Positions 8,761 through 18,751 of a DNA stretch of 64,000 nucleotides are shown one piece after another. The notes under the pieces were generated by a model that was not told where the DNA came from, did not search any database, and was given only the letters and a program-made list of their open reading frames with translations. Origin of the DNA: Terrimicrobiaceae bacterium. Lineage in GTDB: Bacteria; Verrucomicrobiota; Verrucomicrobiia; Chthoniobacterales; Terrimicrobiaceae. Location of the stretch: contig JBGSVZ010000085.1 in NCBI GenBank assembly GCA_041752695.1, positions 96,001-160,000 of the forward strand, given 5' to 3'. Numbering within the stretch: the stretch's first letter is position 1; every line of letters starts with the position of its first letter. The translations under genes were made by a program, and so were the position numbers.

Positions 8761-11286
8761 TTAGCCCTTCACGCGCGTGAACCCGCACCGCTGGGCCGCC
8801 GCTCCGACGAGGTCGGCCACACGTTTTTTGAGCCGCCGGGCGCGCCAGGCGAGGACCCCGACCCAGATCAGATACGGAATCCAAAGCCAGATGTCGCCGC
8901 CGGGGTTCAGGATCTGTCGGTAGCCCAGGATGCCGAGCAAAACGAGATTCACCAAAAACGTCGTCGCCACCATGTGGGTGTCGAGTTGGACGCGCGTAAG
9001 GCATTTCGGGCCACCGTGATATTCGGTGACACTGCGAATTTTGATACCCCACCAGAAGCTGCCATAAACCTGGGCGTCCCAATCCTTCCAACCCGTGTCG
9101 GTGGAGTAGTTCCATCCCTCGGTTTCGAGGGCCTGGATGATTTCCGGGAGGAGGCGTTCGCGACCCTGGCCGTTTTCCGTCCAGTAGTTGAGTTTGGTGA
9201 TGCTGCCGTGCTGCGGGGTGAAATTTTTTTCCTCCGAGGCAATGACCGCCGGCGGCGTGCGCTTGAATTTCAGCCAGGTCGTATAGCGGGCCCAACCACG
9301 CGCGATCGGCTGCGCAAAGGCCAGGAACGCCACCAAGAGCCGCGCGCGAATCGTATCGTGGCGGGGCTCCAGCTTGGCGTGGATCATGTAGGAAAGCGCC
9401 ACCAGGAAAGTCCCGCCGAACATGAGATAAGGCACAATGCGCAAAATCGGCAGCGGGATGGACAGGCAGAAGATAAACACCGTCAGGACGACCCACTCGA
9501 CGCTACTGAGATAAGCCGCGATCTCGGATTGCGGTGTGGGGTAAATGGATTGAAAGAGCCCTTCACCAAAAACGCCGTGATAAATGACGGGCTTATTGAT
9601 GAGCCAGGTGAACCGCGGCGCGCCGTAGATCTGTCCCTTCCATTTCGCCGTTCCCGTGGGCCCGAAAAAAACAAGGTGTTTGAACCGTAAAAGCGACTCC
9701 GCCTCGCCATAACCTTCCTGCTGTTTGCGAAACGCATCGAGAGTAAAGCGCCGGTAATGCCAGACGATGGCAGAGGGACTGAACGCAATGACCTGGCCCT
9801 CCTGCTGCAACCGCCAGCAAAAATCCACGTCGTCACCGGCCTTGCGGTATTCCGGGTCGAAGCCGCCGACTTTTTCGAACGCCCATTTGTAAAAAGCCAT
9901 GTTGCAGCCCGGTATGTGCTCGGCGATCACATCCGTGAGCAAAACGTGATTCGGGCCACCCGGGGCCGCCGCCACACAAGCCTGGATCCAATCTTCGGCC
10001 GGCGGCGAAATGTTGGGGCCGCCCACACCCGCGTAATCACCGCTAATCAGCGTGCCCACCAGGTAATACAACCAGTCCGGATCCGCCATGCAGTCGCTGT
10101 CCGTGTAGGCAATGATCTCGCCCTTGGCCGCCCAGCCGCCGACGTTGCGCGCGTAGCTCAGGCCCTTGTTTTCCTGCCTGATGTTGACCACCCAAGAATG
10201 TTTTTGCGCGATCTCCTGCGTGTTGTCCTTGGACCCGTCGTCCACCAAAATGACTTCGTAGTCGGGGTAATTGACGTGCTTCAGCGACTCCAGGCAGCGG
10301 TCGAGCGTCTTGGCCCCGTTGTACGAACAGACAATCACCGACACCTTCGGATAGGAGGGGAGTTTCACCCGGTCGATCATCGGCTCGTCGCCGGAATAGA
10401 GTTCTTTGACCGCGAAATACGACTTCTTTGGTTCGCGATCGTAGGTCGTGATGCCAAAGGCCCAGTCGGTGATCTCAATGCCGTTGCACCACCATTCGTC
10501 CGTCCACGTATAGACAAAAGTCCCGGCCAGCCCGCCACGCACGACACTCTCCATGTGCCAGCGAAGCATCTCGGCCTGCTCCTCCTGCGGGTGACGCAGA
10601 GTGTCCATGCCGAACTCGCCCATGATGAGCGGCTTGTCCTCGGCCAGATTTTGCAGGCGGGCGAGGTATTTGTCGAAATCGGTTTGACGGTGCAGGTACA
10701 CGTTGAACGTGTAAAAATCCATGTTCGACGGCAGGAGGTACTCCGTGGGCGGGTAACTCGCGTAGGAAAAGAGCACGTCGTCGTCGGCATCCCGGCCGAC
10801 ATTGATCATGTTTTCCACAAACTCCGTCACTCGACGCACGCCATACCAGCGGACCATCAAACTCGAAATCTCATTGGCCACGAGATAGCCCATCAGGCCG
10901 GGGTGTCCGGCGTTGGACTTCACGTCAGAATGAACTTTCTCGAAAATCTCCCGTCGCCGTTTGTTTGTGCTGAGAAAATCGACATTCTGCCCCCACCAGA
11001 GCGTGACCATCACGCGGATGCCGTTTTCGTGGGCGAGGTCGAGGAACCATTTGGGGGGCGCGTGATAAATCCGCACGCCATTGATTCCGATCTCCCGCAT
11101 CATCGCGAGATCGCGCCGCGCTTTCTCCGGAGGACCCACATAAAATCCCGCCGCGTCCGGAGCGAACGTGCCGTAAGTGACGCCTTTCAGGAAAAACTTC
11201 CGGTCGCCTTCGAAAAAAAACTTGGCGCGCGTGCGCACTCGATGATTCACCGCGATACGGCTAGGGGAACTCGCAGAAGTTGACAA
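8761..11286 (-). CDS. Fusion of clan GH-A (GH2-like) TIM barrel, GT2 glycosyltransferase and C-terminal membrane domain
   Basis: N-term KGVTYG...VANE...MGEFG; GT2 VSVIVCSYN, VDDGS, TDSD, GCNM, GDDVD; hydrophobic helices at C-term. Confidence 0.85.
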   Translation of the reverse strand: MSTSASSPSRIAVNHRVRTRAKFFFEGDRKFFLKGVTYGTFAPDAAGFYVGPPEKARRDLAMMREIGINGVRIYHAPPKWFLDLAHENGIRVMVTLWWGQNVDFLSTNKRRREIFEKVHSDVKSNAGHPGLMGYLVANEISSLMVRWYGVRRVTEFVENMINVGRDADDDVLFSYASYPPTEYLLPSNMDFYTFNVYLHRQTDFDKYLARLQNLAEDKPLIMGEFGMDTLRHPQEEQAEMLRWHMESVVRGGLAGTFVYTWTDEWWCNGIEITDWAFGITTYDREPKKSYFAVKELYSGDEPMIDRVKLPSYPKVSVIVCSYNGAKTLDRCLESLKHVNYPDYEVILVDDGSKDNTQEIAQKHSWVVNIRQENKGLSYARNVGGWAAKGEIIAYTDSDCMADPDWLYYLVGTLISGDYAGVGGPNISPPAEDWIQACVAAAPGGPNHVLLTDVIAEHIPGCNMAFYKWAFEKVGGFDPEYRKAGDDVDFCWRLQQEGQVIAFSPSAIVWHYRRFTLDAFRKQQEGYGEAESLLRFKHLVFFGPTGTAKWKGQIYGAPRFTWLINKPVIYHGVFGEGLFQSIYPTPQSEIAAYLSSVEWVVLTVFIFCLSIPLPILRIVPYLMFGGTFLVALSYMIHAKLEPRHDTIRARLLVAFLAFAQPIARGWARYTTWLKFKRTPPAVIASEEKNFTPQHGSITKLNYWTENGQGRERLLPEIIQALETEGWNYSTDTGWKDWDAQVYGSFWWGIKIRSVTEYHGGPKCLTRVQLDTHMVATTFLVNLVLLGILGYRQILNPGGDIWLWIPYLIWVGVLAWRARRLKKRVADLVGAAAQRCGFTRVKG

Positions 11287-11306
11287 GATTATCAGGCCGC
11301 CTGGAA

Positions 11307-11921
11307 TCAGACCGGCATCTTCAGAGCGGGCCCGACCATTTTGCGCAGCCGCACAATACCGCGGCGGATGCGGGCTTTGACAGTGCCAAGGGGTTCATGC
11401 AGTCGTACCGCAATCTCCTGCTGGGTAAGTCCCTTGAAATACGCCATCTCGATGGCTTCGCGCTGCTCCTTGCTCAGCTTCATCACGGCGGTGCGAAGGA
11501 TTTCATTCTCCTCGGAATGTTCCGCATCCTCCGTGGGTTGCCGGTCGGTCGTGAGCTCGGAATCCCCGTTTTCCTCCCGCGCCTCTTCCATGAGGCGGGA
11601 ACGGCGCTGCTGGGAGCGCAGGCGGTCGATGGCTTTGTTCCGGGTCATCGTGATCGCCCAGGTCAACGGTTTGCCGCGGGCCGGGTCATACATGGGAGCT
11701 TTTTCCCAAAGCATGAAAAAAACCTCCTGCGCCACATCCTCCGCATCACCAGGGTCGGCCAGGACTCGCAGGGCGGTGGAGTAAATCAGCCCGGAAAATT
11801 TGTCGTAAAACTCCGCGAAACTGTCGCGGTCGCCCACGCCAATCCGGCGAATCAGTTCAACAAGATCTTCCGTGGTTTCCATCGCGCGTTCATCGTAACT
11901 CCCGGACACGGCGGCTGTCAT
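11307..11921 (-). CDS. ECF sigma-70 factor (SigK-like)
   Basis: DAEDVAQEVF, W...TRNKAIDRLR, LTQQEIA..L..PLGTVKARIRRG; start may be the internal Met of METTEDL. Confidence 0.92.
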   Translation of the reverse strand: MTAAVSGSYDERAMETTEDLVELIRRIGVGDRDSFAEFYDKFSGLIYSTALRVLADPGDAEDVAQEVFFMLWEKAPMYDPARGKPLTWAITMTRNKAIDRLRSQQRRSRLMEEAREENGDSELTTDRQPTEDAEHSEENEILRTAVMKLSKEQREAIEMAYFKGLTQQEIAVRLHEPLGTVKARIRRGIVRLRKMVGPALKMPV

Positions 11922-12178
11922 GTGAATTCTGGGGGATTCTTTCGCTCCCCGGAATGTTCCGACCCGTCTCTGGACACTTGCTTTTCGGCCGTTTCCTCAG
12001 ATGATGCCTGCTGATGAAAGCGCCGGGCCGCCCACCAGGACCCGACTCATGTCGGCTCCCCCTTTGGTCCACGCAGGTGGCCAGCCCGCAAAGTCGGACG
12101 ACGTGGACGGCAAGAGAAGTACCCTCGGTGAAGATAAAAACTGGCGCTGCATCAGGCGCAGCTCGGAAAGGCAAGATT

Positions 12179-15100
12179 ATGAACAGATTCCTCGGATTTA
12201 TTTGCATGGTGGCGGCATTTGTCGGCCCGGTCGCGTTGGCGGGAGAAGCCCCATTGGTAGCCCTGTGGGGTCCGCCAACCGAAACCGTGGGCAAAAAGTT
12301 GGAGCCCAACAGCGCCGCGCACAAACTGGCGCTCATTAAAGGGGAAAAACTGAAGGGCCGCGTCGCCCGACTTGATGCCAAAAGTGTCCTTCCTCCCCGG
12401 ACCCTGGCGGCTCTCAAAAAGGGTGCCGGAGTCGAGTTGCCGACAGCCGTGGGAGAAAAACTCCAGGGCATTATCAATGTGGTATTGGAGGAAAAAAGCG
12501 GCTGGGTGCGAGTGGGGGGTGAGTTGAAGGGCCTTCGCAAGGGTTCATTTTCCTTCTCCACCAGCGGCAAGACAACCGGGGGCCGGATTTTGCTGCCCGA
12601 CGAAGGCGTCGCTTACGTCATTGAGCAGGAACATGATGGCCAATTGCTGCTTCGCGAGGTGCCCTTGTCGGCGGTGGTTTGCCGCCCCATGCCACCGGCG
12701 CCGGCTGAACCTCTGCGGGCCACTCCGGCGGGCGCTGTGCAAGCGCCACCGCTTTTAAGCAGCCGCCCGGCCGCCACGGCCGTTCTCTATCTGGACTTCG
12801 ATGGCGAAGTCGTGACGGACCCGGACTGGAACCTGGGAAACACCATCAACGCCCAGGCCCCGGATCTCACCGAAGTCGAAATCATCAAGATCTGGGAGCG
12901 GGTCAAGGAGGACATGTGGCCCTTCGAAATCGACGTCACAACCAATGTCAGCCGCTACAACAGTGCTCCGGTGGGCAGCCGTATGCGGTGCATTGTCACT
13001 CCCACCGACCTGGCCTCTCCCGGAGCAGGCGGGGTGGCCTACCTCAACAGCTTTGCCCGGGCAGGTCAGTCCGGCTTCACCTCGAATATCCCCTGCTGGG
13101 TCTTCAATTCTTCGGTGGTCGGAATCGCGGAGGCTGCTTCTCATGAATTTGGCCACACCTTCGGTTTGAACCACGACGGCGGCACCGTGGCCAACTCCCG
13201 CACCTCGGAGGACGGGGAGTACTATTACGGCTACTCTTCGCCAGCCCCGACCTGGGGACCCATCATGGGTGCCTCTTATGACCAGGACGTCGTTCAATGG
13301 TCAAAAGGGGAATACGATATCGCCAACAACAAGGAAGATGATCTCGCGAAGATCTCCAATTCCACCAACGGATTCGGCTATGTCACCGACGAAGCGGGCG
13401 AGACCATCGCCGCCGCCGCCAACCTGAGCGCGCCGGGCGGCTCGGTGTCTTTCTCCGGAGTGATTGCCCCGGCGGATGTGGATTGCTACCGCATTGATTC
13501 CGGCAACGGCACCATATCGCTTTCTTTCACGCCCGCGCCAAACTCTCCGAACCTCGACATTTCCGCGGAACTCCTGAATGCCGGCGGAATCGTTCTGGCC
13601 TCCTCGGGTTCGAATCAGGCCAGCCTCGCTGCCTCCCTTTCCAAAGCCGTCTCCCAAGGAACCTATTTCCTGAGGATCCGCGGAAGTGCCTGGGCCAATC
13701 CCCTCACCGGCGGCTGGTCGACCTATGGCAGCGTCGGCGAGTATTCGGTGAGCGGCAGCGTGCCAAACTTTGTCCCGGTCGATCCTCCGGTGATTACCAG
13801 CGGGGCGACGGCGGGGGGATTTGTGGGATTTCCGTTCTGCTACAACATCTCAGCGACCAATTCACCCTCCAGCTTCAGTGTGACAGGTACGTTGCCTCCC
13901 GGCATTTCCCTGAACTCCACCAGCGGACTGCTTTCCGGCACGCCCAGTGTCGAGGGCGTGTTTAATGTGACGATCAAAGCCACCAACTCGGTGGGAACCG
14001 GCTCCCAACCTCTCGAAATCACCATCCAATCTGCGGAAAACTTTACCCTCGGGGAGGCCGTGGATGCCCTTGGCTACGACTGGTCCACGGAAGGCGACGC
14101 CGGATGGTTCCCACAGACGGTGACCAAATCCGACGGCGAGGACGCTGCCCAAAACGGGGTCATCGGTAACAACCAAAGTTCCACGCTGGTTGTTCCTGTC
14201 ACCGGACCGGCGACGATCTCCTTCCGCTGGAAAACGGACTCCGAGTCCGGAAAAGACTTCCTCAGCTTCTTCGTCGATGGCCAGTTCCAGAACCGGATCA
14301 GTGGAAAAAATGACTGGATGCTGCGCAGCTACACGGTCGGAACCGGAACGCACACTCTGAAATGGACGTATGCGAAGGATTATTCGGTTTCTGTCGGAGC
14401 GGACGCCGGTTGGGTGGATACGTTCGCCCTCACCACCGCCCAGGCTCCGGTGATCACCAGTCTCGACGCCGCCGCGGGATCAGTGGGTCAGTTTTTCAGC
14501 TATCAGATCACCGCCGACAACTCGCCCGCCAGCTTTTCCTTCTCGGGCTCGATGCCACCCGGCCTCTCCTTGAATAATTCCACGGGAAAAATCTCCGGAA
14601 CGCCCTCCACCGTTGGCACCTATGACCTCACGATCTCGGCCACCAATTCCTCCGGCACAGGCTCGGCCCCTCTGACCATTACGATCTCAGACGCCTCGTT
14701 GTCCCTCGCCGAAGCAGTCGATGCCACGGACCTGGTCTGGAGCACGGGCGGCCATGCCGTTTGGAAAGGCCAGACGGTCACAACCTCCGATGACGAAGAC
14801 GCCGCCCAAAGCGGATTGACCGGAAACAGTCAGCAATCCTGGATTGAAACCACAGTCAACGGCCCCTCGACGGTTTCCTATCGCTGGAAAGTGGATAGTG
14901 AGTCCGGCCATGATTTTCTGCGTTTCAAAATCGACGGCGGCGCTCTCGCCAGCATCAGCGGCGAAGTTGGCTGGCAGTCGCGCACCTATGCGATTCCAGC
15001 TGGCTCACACGTCTTGCGCTGGAGTTATGAAAAGGACGAAACCATCTCGGTGGGTGCCGATTCCGCCTGGCTCGATACGGTGACCTTCGGGGTGCAAGGC

Positions 15101-15760
15101 ACGCGGGTCATTGCCCTGAGCGGTAGCATGGCCTTTGGCAATGTCCCGGTTGGCAACGCCGCGCAGCGCTCGCTCACCATCAGCAACTCCGGCGACCAGA
15201 CTCTGACCGTCAGCAGCATTAGTTTTCCAACGGCTTTCAGCGGAAATTGGTCGGGAACCATACCCGCGGGAGGTTCTCAGGTGGTGCCCGTGACTTTTGC
15301 TCCGACCGCCGCCACGAACTTCTCCGGGTCTCTCGTAGTTAGTTCCAACGCGACGGACGGGACCAACACCATCGCCGTCTCAGGCGCGGGAATTGCGAGT
15401 GGAGGAACCCCAGTCTCGGCCCAGGATCTGCCGAAGGCCATCCGGGATCGTAAGACCATCACCTCATCGATCATGGTGTCCGGCAAGCCTGCCAGTATGT
15501 CCCTTAATCAAATCAAGGTCAGTCTGGGCGCCACTCATACCTTTATCGGCGATCTCGTTATCAAAGTGAAACCGCCGAAAGGTGCCGAATTGACCATCCG
15601 CAATCGCGCCGGAGGCAACACCGACGACCTTGTCATCAGCAGCGAAACTTTGGCTTCCTCCAAGGTCATCAATCCCAACGGGGTCTGGAAGCTTAGCATC
15701 GAGGACAAAAAGAAGGGCGACGAAGGCACCCTGCAAAGCTGGAGCCTCCTCTTTCCCTAA
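12179..15760 (+). CDS. Secreted metzincin zinc protease with PPC-like, two Ig(He_PIG)+beta-sandwich modules, ASH-like Ig and C-terminal proprotein convertase P-domain
   Basis: Signal peptide MNRFLGFICMVAAFVGPVALA; LYLDFDG; HEFGHTFGLNH and PIMG Met-turn; LPPGISLN..SG..SGTP repeats; HTFIGDL...NG.WKL...D...GDEGTLQSWSL. Confidence 0.82.
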   Translation: MNRFLGFICMVAAFVGPVALAGEAPLVALWGPPTETVGKKLEPNSAAHKLALIKGEKLKGRVARLDAKSVLPPRTLAALKKGAGVELPTAVGEKLQGIINVVLEEKSGWVRVGGELKGLRKGSFSFSTSGKTTGGRILLPDEGVAYVIEQEHDGQLLLREVPLSAVVCRPMPPAPAEPLRATPAGAVQAPPLLSSRPAATAVLYLDFDGEVVTDPDWNLGNTINAQAPDLTEVEIIKIWERVKEDMWPFEIDVTTNVSRYNSAPVGSRMRCIVTPTDLASPGAGGVAYLNSFARAGQSGFTSNIPCWVFNSSVVGIAEAASHEFGHTFGLNHDGGTVANSRTSEDGEYYYGYSSPAPTWGPIMGASYDQDVVQWSKGEYDIANNKEDDLAKISNSTNGFGYVTDEAGETIAAAANLSAPGGSVSFSGVIAPADVDCYRIDSGNGTISLSFTPAPNSPNLDISAELLNAGGIVLASSGSNQASLAASLSKAVSQGTYFLRIRGSAWANPLTGGWSTYGSVGEYSVSGSVPNFVPVDPPVITSGATAGGFVGFPFCYNISATNSPSSFSVTGTLPPGISLNSTSGLLSGTPSVEGVFNVTIKATNSVGTGSQPLEITIQSAENFTLGEAVDALGYDWSTEGDAGWFPQTVTKSDGEDAAQNGVIGNNQSSTLVVPVTGPATISFRWKTDSESGKDFLSFFVDGQFQNRISGKNDWMLRSYTVGTGTHTLKWTYAKDYSVSVGADAGWVDTFALTTAQAPVITSLDAAAGSVGQFFSYQITADNSPASFSFSGSMPPGLSLNNSTGKISGTPSTVGTYDLTISATNSSGTGSAPLTITISDASLSLAEAVDATDLVWSTGGHAVWKGQTVTTSDDEDAAQSGLTGNSQQSWIETTVNGPSTVSYRWKVDSESGHDFLRFKIDGGALASISGEVGWQSRTYAIPAGSHVLRWSYEKDETISVGADSAWLDTVTFGVQGTRVIALSGSMAFGNVPVGNAAQRSLTISNSGDQTLTVSSISFPTAFSGNWSGTIPAGGSQVVPVTFAPTAATNFSGSLVVSSNATDGTNTIAVSGAGIASGGTPVSAQDLPKAIRDRKTITSSIMVSGKPASMSLNQIKVSLGATHTFIGDLVIKVKPPKGAELTIRNRAGGNTDDLVISSETLASSKVINPNGVWKLSIEDKKKGDEGTLQSWSLLFP
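13787..15092 (+). repeat. Intragenic tandem duplication, 2 x ~660 nt
   Basis: PVITS begins at 13787 and 14447; both units share EAVDA...WST.G...QTVT.SD.EDAAQ...RWK.DSESG.DFL...SVGAD..W.DT. Confidence 0.85.
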
Positions 15761-15880
15761 CGGACTTGGGGGCCGCCCCATTTTCCGGGGAGCTGGAAAC
15801 TGCGGCCTTCCGAAAGTTTCCCAGCAAATTGGATTGCCGGGGCGCTCCAACTCTTGCAGAAATCTTCCATCACGGGGACC

Positions 15881-16554
15881 ATGGAAGAAAGAGGGATAGA
15901 CGAGGCTGACATGCGGGCAATCGTGAGGTTGCTCGGAGAGGTGGCCGCGCTTCCAGGGCGGCTGATGGAAAAGAAATCCAGCCTCCTGGATGGTCTTTGC
16001 GACTTCGCCGGGGCCTCAGAATGGCTGTGGGCTGTGTTTCGCAAGGCCCCAAGAAATGAAGAACGACAATGTCTTCTGGCCGTTCGTCGATGCGTGGAAG
16101 GGGGCCTTTGGCCGGCTCTTGCCGTTGATGCTCCATCCCTCATGGTCGAACCTTGCCTCCTGATTTATCTCCGCTGGCCGGGCCTCAAACCATTCTGGCA
16201 GAGCGTTTTCTTGCCGAAGATACCCTCAGCCTTATTGCCCTCCGCCGTGCTGTTTCCGACCCGCCCTTCTCGGACAGGGAACGACATGTGACGACCCTTG
16301 TTTTTGACGAAATTCCCTGGCTGCATTTTCGGGACTGGCCGCCTCCTCCTCTCCCCATGTTGTCCTCTCCCCGCCAACAGCGTATTCTCGACCTGCTGTT
16401 GAGCGGAATGAGCCGCAAGGAGATCGCCCACAAGTTGGAAGTGGCACCGGGCACGGTGGCGGGCTATTGCCGCGAGATTTATCGACGGTTAAGGGTCAAC
16501 TCCCAATCGGAACTCATCCGCCAGACCCGGCGGAAAAACCCTTCCTCAAAATGA
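15881..16554 (+). pseudogene. Frameshifted LuxR-HTH regulator, paralog 1
   Basis: N-term DMRAIVRLLGEVAALPG is in one frame, C-term PFSDRERH...EIPWLH...SPRQQRILDLLLSG...NSQSELI in another (which has a stop at 16126-16128); both halves match the downstream paralogs. Confidence 0.75.
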
Positions 16555-17351
16555 CACCACCCGACGCCGAAGACTCCCGCCGCCTTTCCTCTGCCGATGC
16601 CCGCAGGATCATAGGCCTGGTGGGAGAAGTCGCTGCATGCGGAGGCGAGTTGGACGCACAGAAAAGCTTTCTCATGGAAGGCCTTTGCGCCCTCATTGAG
16701 GCGGATTCCTGGGCATGGGCCACCACTTTTCGATTTGAACCGAAAGAAGTGCCCTTGAACCCGGGATTCCTGTGCGGTGGATTTTCCGCCGCGGAGTTTG
16801 CGAAATACCAGGAAGCCCTAGAGCACCCGGATACGGCCATTCTGAACTCGGGCTTCACCGGGGAATTTCAGGAAAAACAGACGCATCTCACGCGGTTGCG
16901 GGATCAGATTGACAATACGGGATATTTTCTCAAATCCGCCGTCCGCCCCATCTGGCTCGCGGCAGGCGTGGAGCAGGTCATCCAGTCCGTCCGCCCGCGA
17001 AAAGACGGGGCGTTGTCGCACTTGGGATTTTATCGGAGGCCCGGACGCCCCGCGTTTTCTCCGAGGGAATCACGAGTGGTTCACATTGTGCTCTCTGAAG
17101 TTCCCTGGCTTCACGAAGCGAGGATGGCGTCCGATTTGGGGGCGACGGTGACCCACCTCACACCCCGCCAGCGCATCACGCTCAACCTTCTCCTCGAAGG
17201 CCAGCCCCGCCCTCAGATCGCTGACCACCTCGGACTTTCCCTGGATACCGTCCACGGGTACGTGAAAGGCGTCTTCCGCCAGTTCGGCGTCCACTCTCAA
17301 CCTGCCCTCATCGCACGTTTTCAGAATGGCGATGGCGGGGACATGCCATGA
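16551..17351 (+). CDS. LuxR-type HTH regulator with uncharacterised GAF-like N-terminal domain, paralog 2
   Basis: DARRIIGLVGEV...FSPRESRVVHIVLSEVPWLH...LTPRQRITLNLLLEG...TVHGYVK; ATGA overlap with upstream stop. Confidence 0.85.
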   Translation: MTPPDAEDSRRLSSADARRIIGLVGEVAACGGELDAQKSFLMEGLCALIEADSWAWATTFRFEPKEVPLNPGFLCGGFSAAEFAKYQEALEHPDTAILNSGFTGEFQEKQTHLTRLRDQIDNTGYFLKSAVRPIWLAAGVEQVIQSVRPRKDGALSHLGFYRRPGRPAFSPRESRVVHIVLSEVPWLHEARMASDLGATVTHLTPRQRITLNLLLEGQPRPQIADHLGLSLDTVHGYVKGVFRQFGVHSQPALIARFQNGDGGDMP

Positions 17352-18127
17352 ACGGAAAACTTTCCTCCGACGATGCCCGCGCCATCATCCGTCTCCTGGG
17401 CGAGGTTTGCGCCCTGCCCGACGACCACGAGGGCAAGAAACGCCACCTCATGGAAGGCCTTTGCGATCTGGTCGATGCTGACTTCTGGGCCTGGGTGCTA
17501 GCCGCCGAACTCGAACCCGGCAAATTCCCCGTCTATGTTGGTTTTCTCAGCGGACGGTTCTCCGACCAACTCCTCGCTGAATTCCTCCAGATCCAGGCTC
17601 ACCCGGAAATGATCGGATGGACGGTCCCGCTGGCCGCCCAAATGCACGCAGTGGGCCGCCTCGTCACCCGCAATGTTCAGGACCAATTTGACTATCAGGC
17701 CTTCCTCGACTCCGAGTCCGGCCAATGGTGGAGCCGTGCCGGCATCGAGCCCCGGTGCATCGCCTTCCGTCCCATGCCCGACGGAGCTGCCACCGGCGTG
17801 GGCCTCTATCGCAAGACCGGACGCCCTCTTTTCACCGAACGCGACGCCCGCATCATGCACATCCTGCTGGCCGAGGTTCCCTGGCTCCATGAAATGGGAT
17901 GGCCTGAAGACCGATGCGCAAAAATCCCGACTCTCTCGCCGCGTTGCTGGCTCGTTCATGAGATGCTCCTTCAGGGTTACAGCCGCCCGCAGATCGCCGG
18001 TCACCTTCGCCTTTCATCTCACACCGTGAACGACTACGTGAAAACAATCTATAGCCACCTGGGCGTGCGCTCTCAGCCCGAGCTCATCGCCCGATTTCGC
18101 AAGGGCGATGGCGGAGACAGAGCCTAA
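17348..18127 (+). CDS. LuxR-type HTH regulator, paralog 3
   Basis: DARAIIRLLGEV...FTERDARIMHILLAEVPWLH...HTVNDYVKTIY...SQPELIARF; ATGA overlap. Confidence 0.87.
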   Translation: MNGKLSSDDARAIIRLLGEVCALPDDHEGKKRHLMEGLCDLVDADFWAWVLAAELEPGKFPVYVGFLSGRFSDQLLAEFLQIQAHPEMIGWTVPLAAQMHAVGRLVTRNVQDQFDYQAFLDSESGQWWSRAGIEPRCIAFRPMPDGAATGVGLYRKTGRPLFTERDARIMHILLAEVPWLHEMGWPEDRCAKIPTLSPRCWLVHEMLLQGYSRPQIAGHLRLSSHTVNDYVKTIYSHLGVRSQPELIARFRKGDGGDRA

Positions 18128-18456
18128 AGACGCCTCTCGCAAAGGGTAAAGGGAGGAGATTTTTTCATCCTGTGCAAGCGTGAGGTCCCGGCTAATAGGT
18201 TGCCGCGCGGCCACTTTGGTGAATTTGCCTGTGACCCGTCGGACCGCCGTCCCCTCCCGACCCGCTCCGACCCCCACAATATGGGGAATAGACACTGGCA
18301 ACTTTCCTCAGGCAAGGTCACCCAGCATGGAATGCTCGGGCAATTGGAACAATGGAAGCAACAGTGGCACCTTTTCCGCCAACCGTCTCATGGAAGGCCG
18401 CGTGCTTAGTATTCCAGGTGCCTTAGCCCTGCTCTTGCAACGACGCTGCCTGGGAA

Positions 18457-18642
18457 ATGCCTGATCGAGCAGATAGTTTTGGCGTAGTCCTCATTCTGGG
18501 CGTCGGCCTGGCGCTTTTGATTGCCCGCACGGCCTATCGGATCTGGAAGTTTTCCAGAACAAATTCTTGGCGATGTGATGCAGACCCAGAAGCCTCAAGG
18601 AACGGTCCCTTGGTGACGACAGAACAAGCACACAAGGATTAG
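18457..18642 (+). CDS. Possible small single-TM protein
   Basis: FGVVLILGVGLALLIA hydrophobic stretch followed by basic residues; no recognisable family. Confidence 0.25.
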   Translation: MPDRADSFGVVLILGVGLALLIARTAYRIWKFSRTNSWRCDADPEASRNGPLVTTEQAHKD

Positions 18643-18684
18643 GTATCGCGTCAACCCATGGATGGTGGGAAGCGCGGGACAAAC

Positions 18685-18722
18685 ATCCCTCCGGAGGAAC
18701 ACCCTTCTTCCGGTGGGGGGAT
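18685..18722. terminator. Stem-loop, possible terminator
   Basis: atccc-t-ccggaggaa-caccc-ttcttccgg...gggat downstream of the 18752..19075 gene; no clear U tract. Confidence 0.3.
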
Positions 18723-18751
18723 CCTGAACGTTACCGGCGGCAGGAGCGCCG

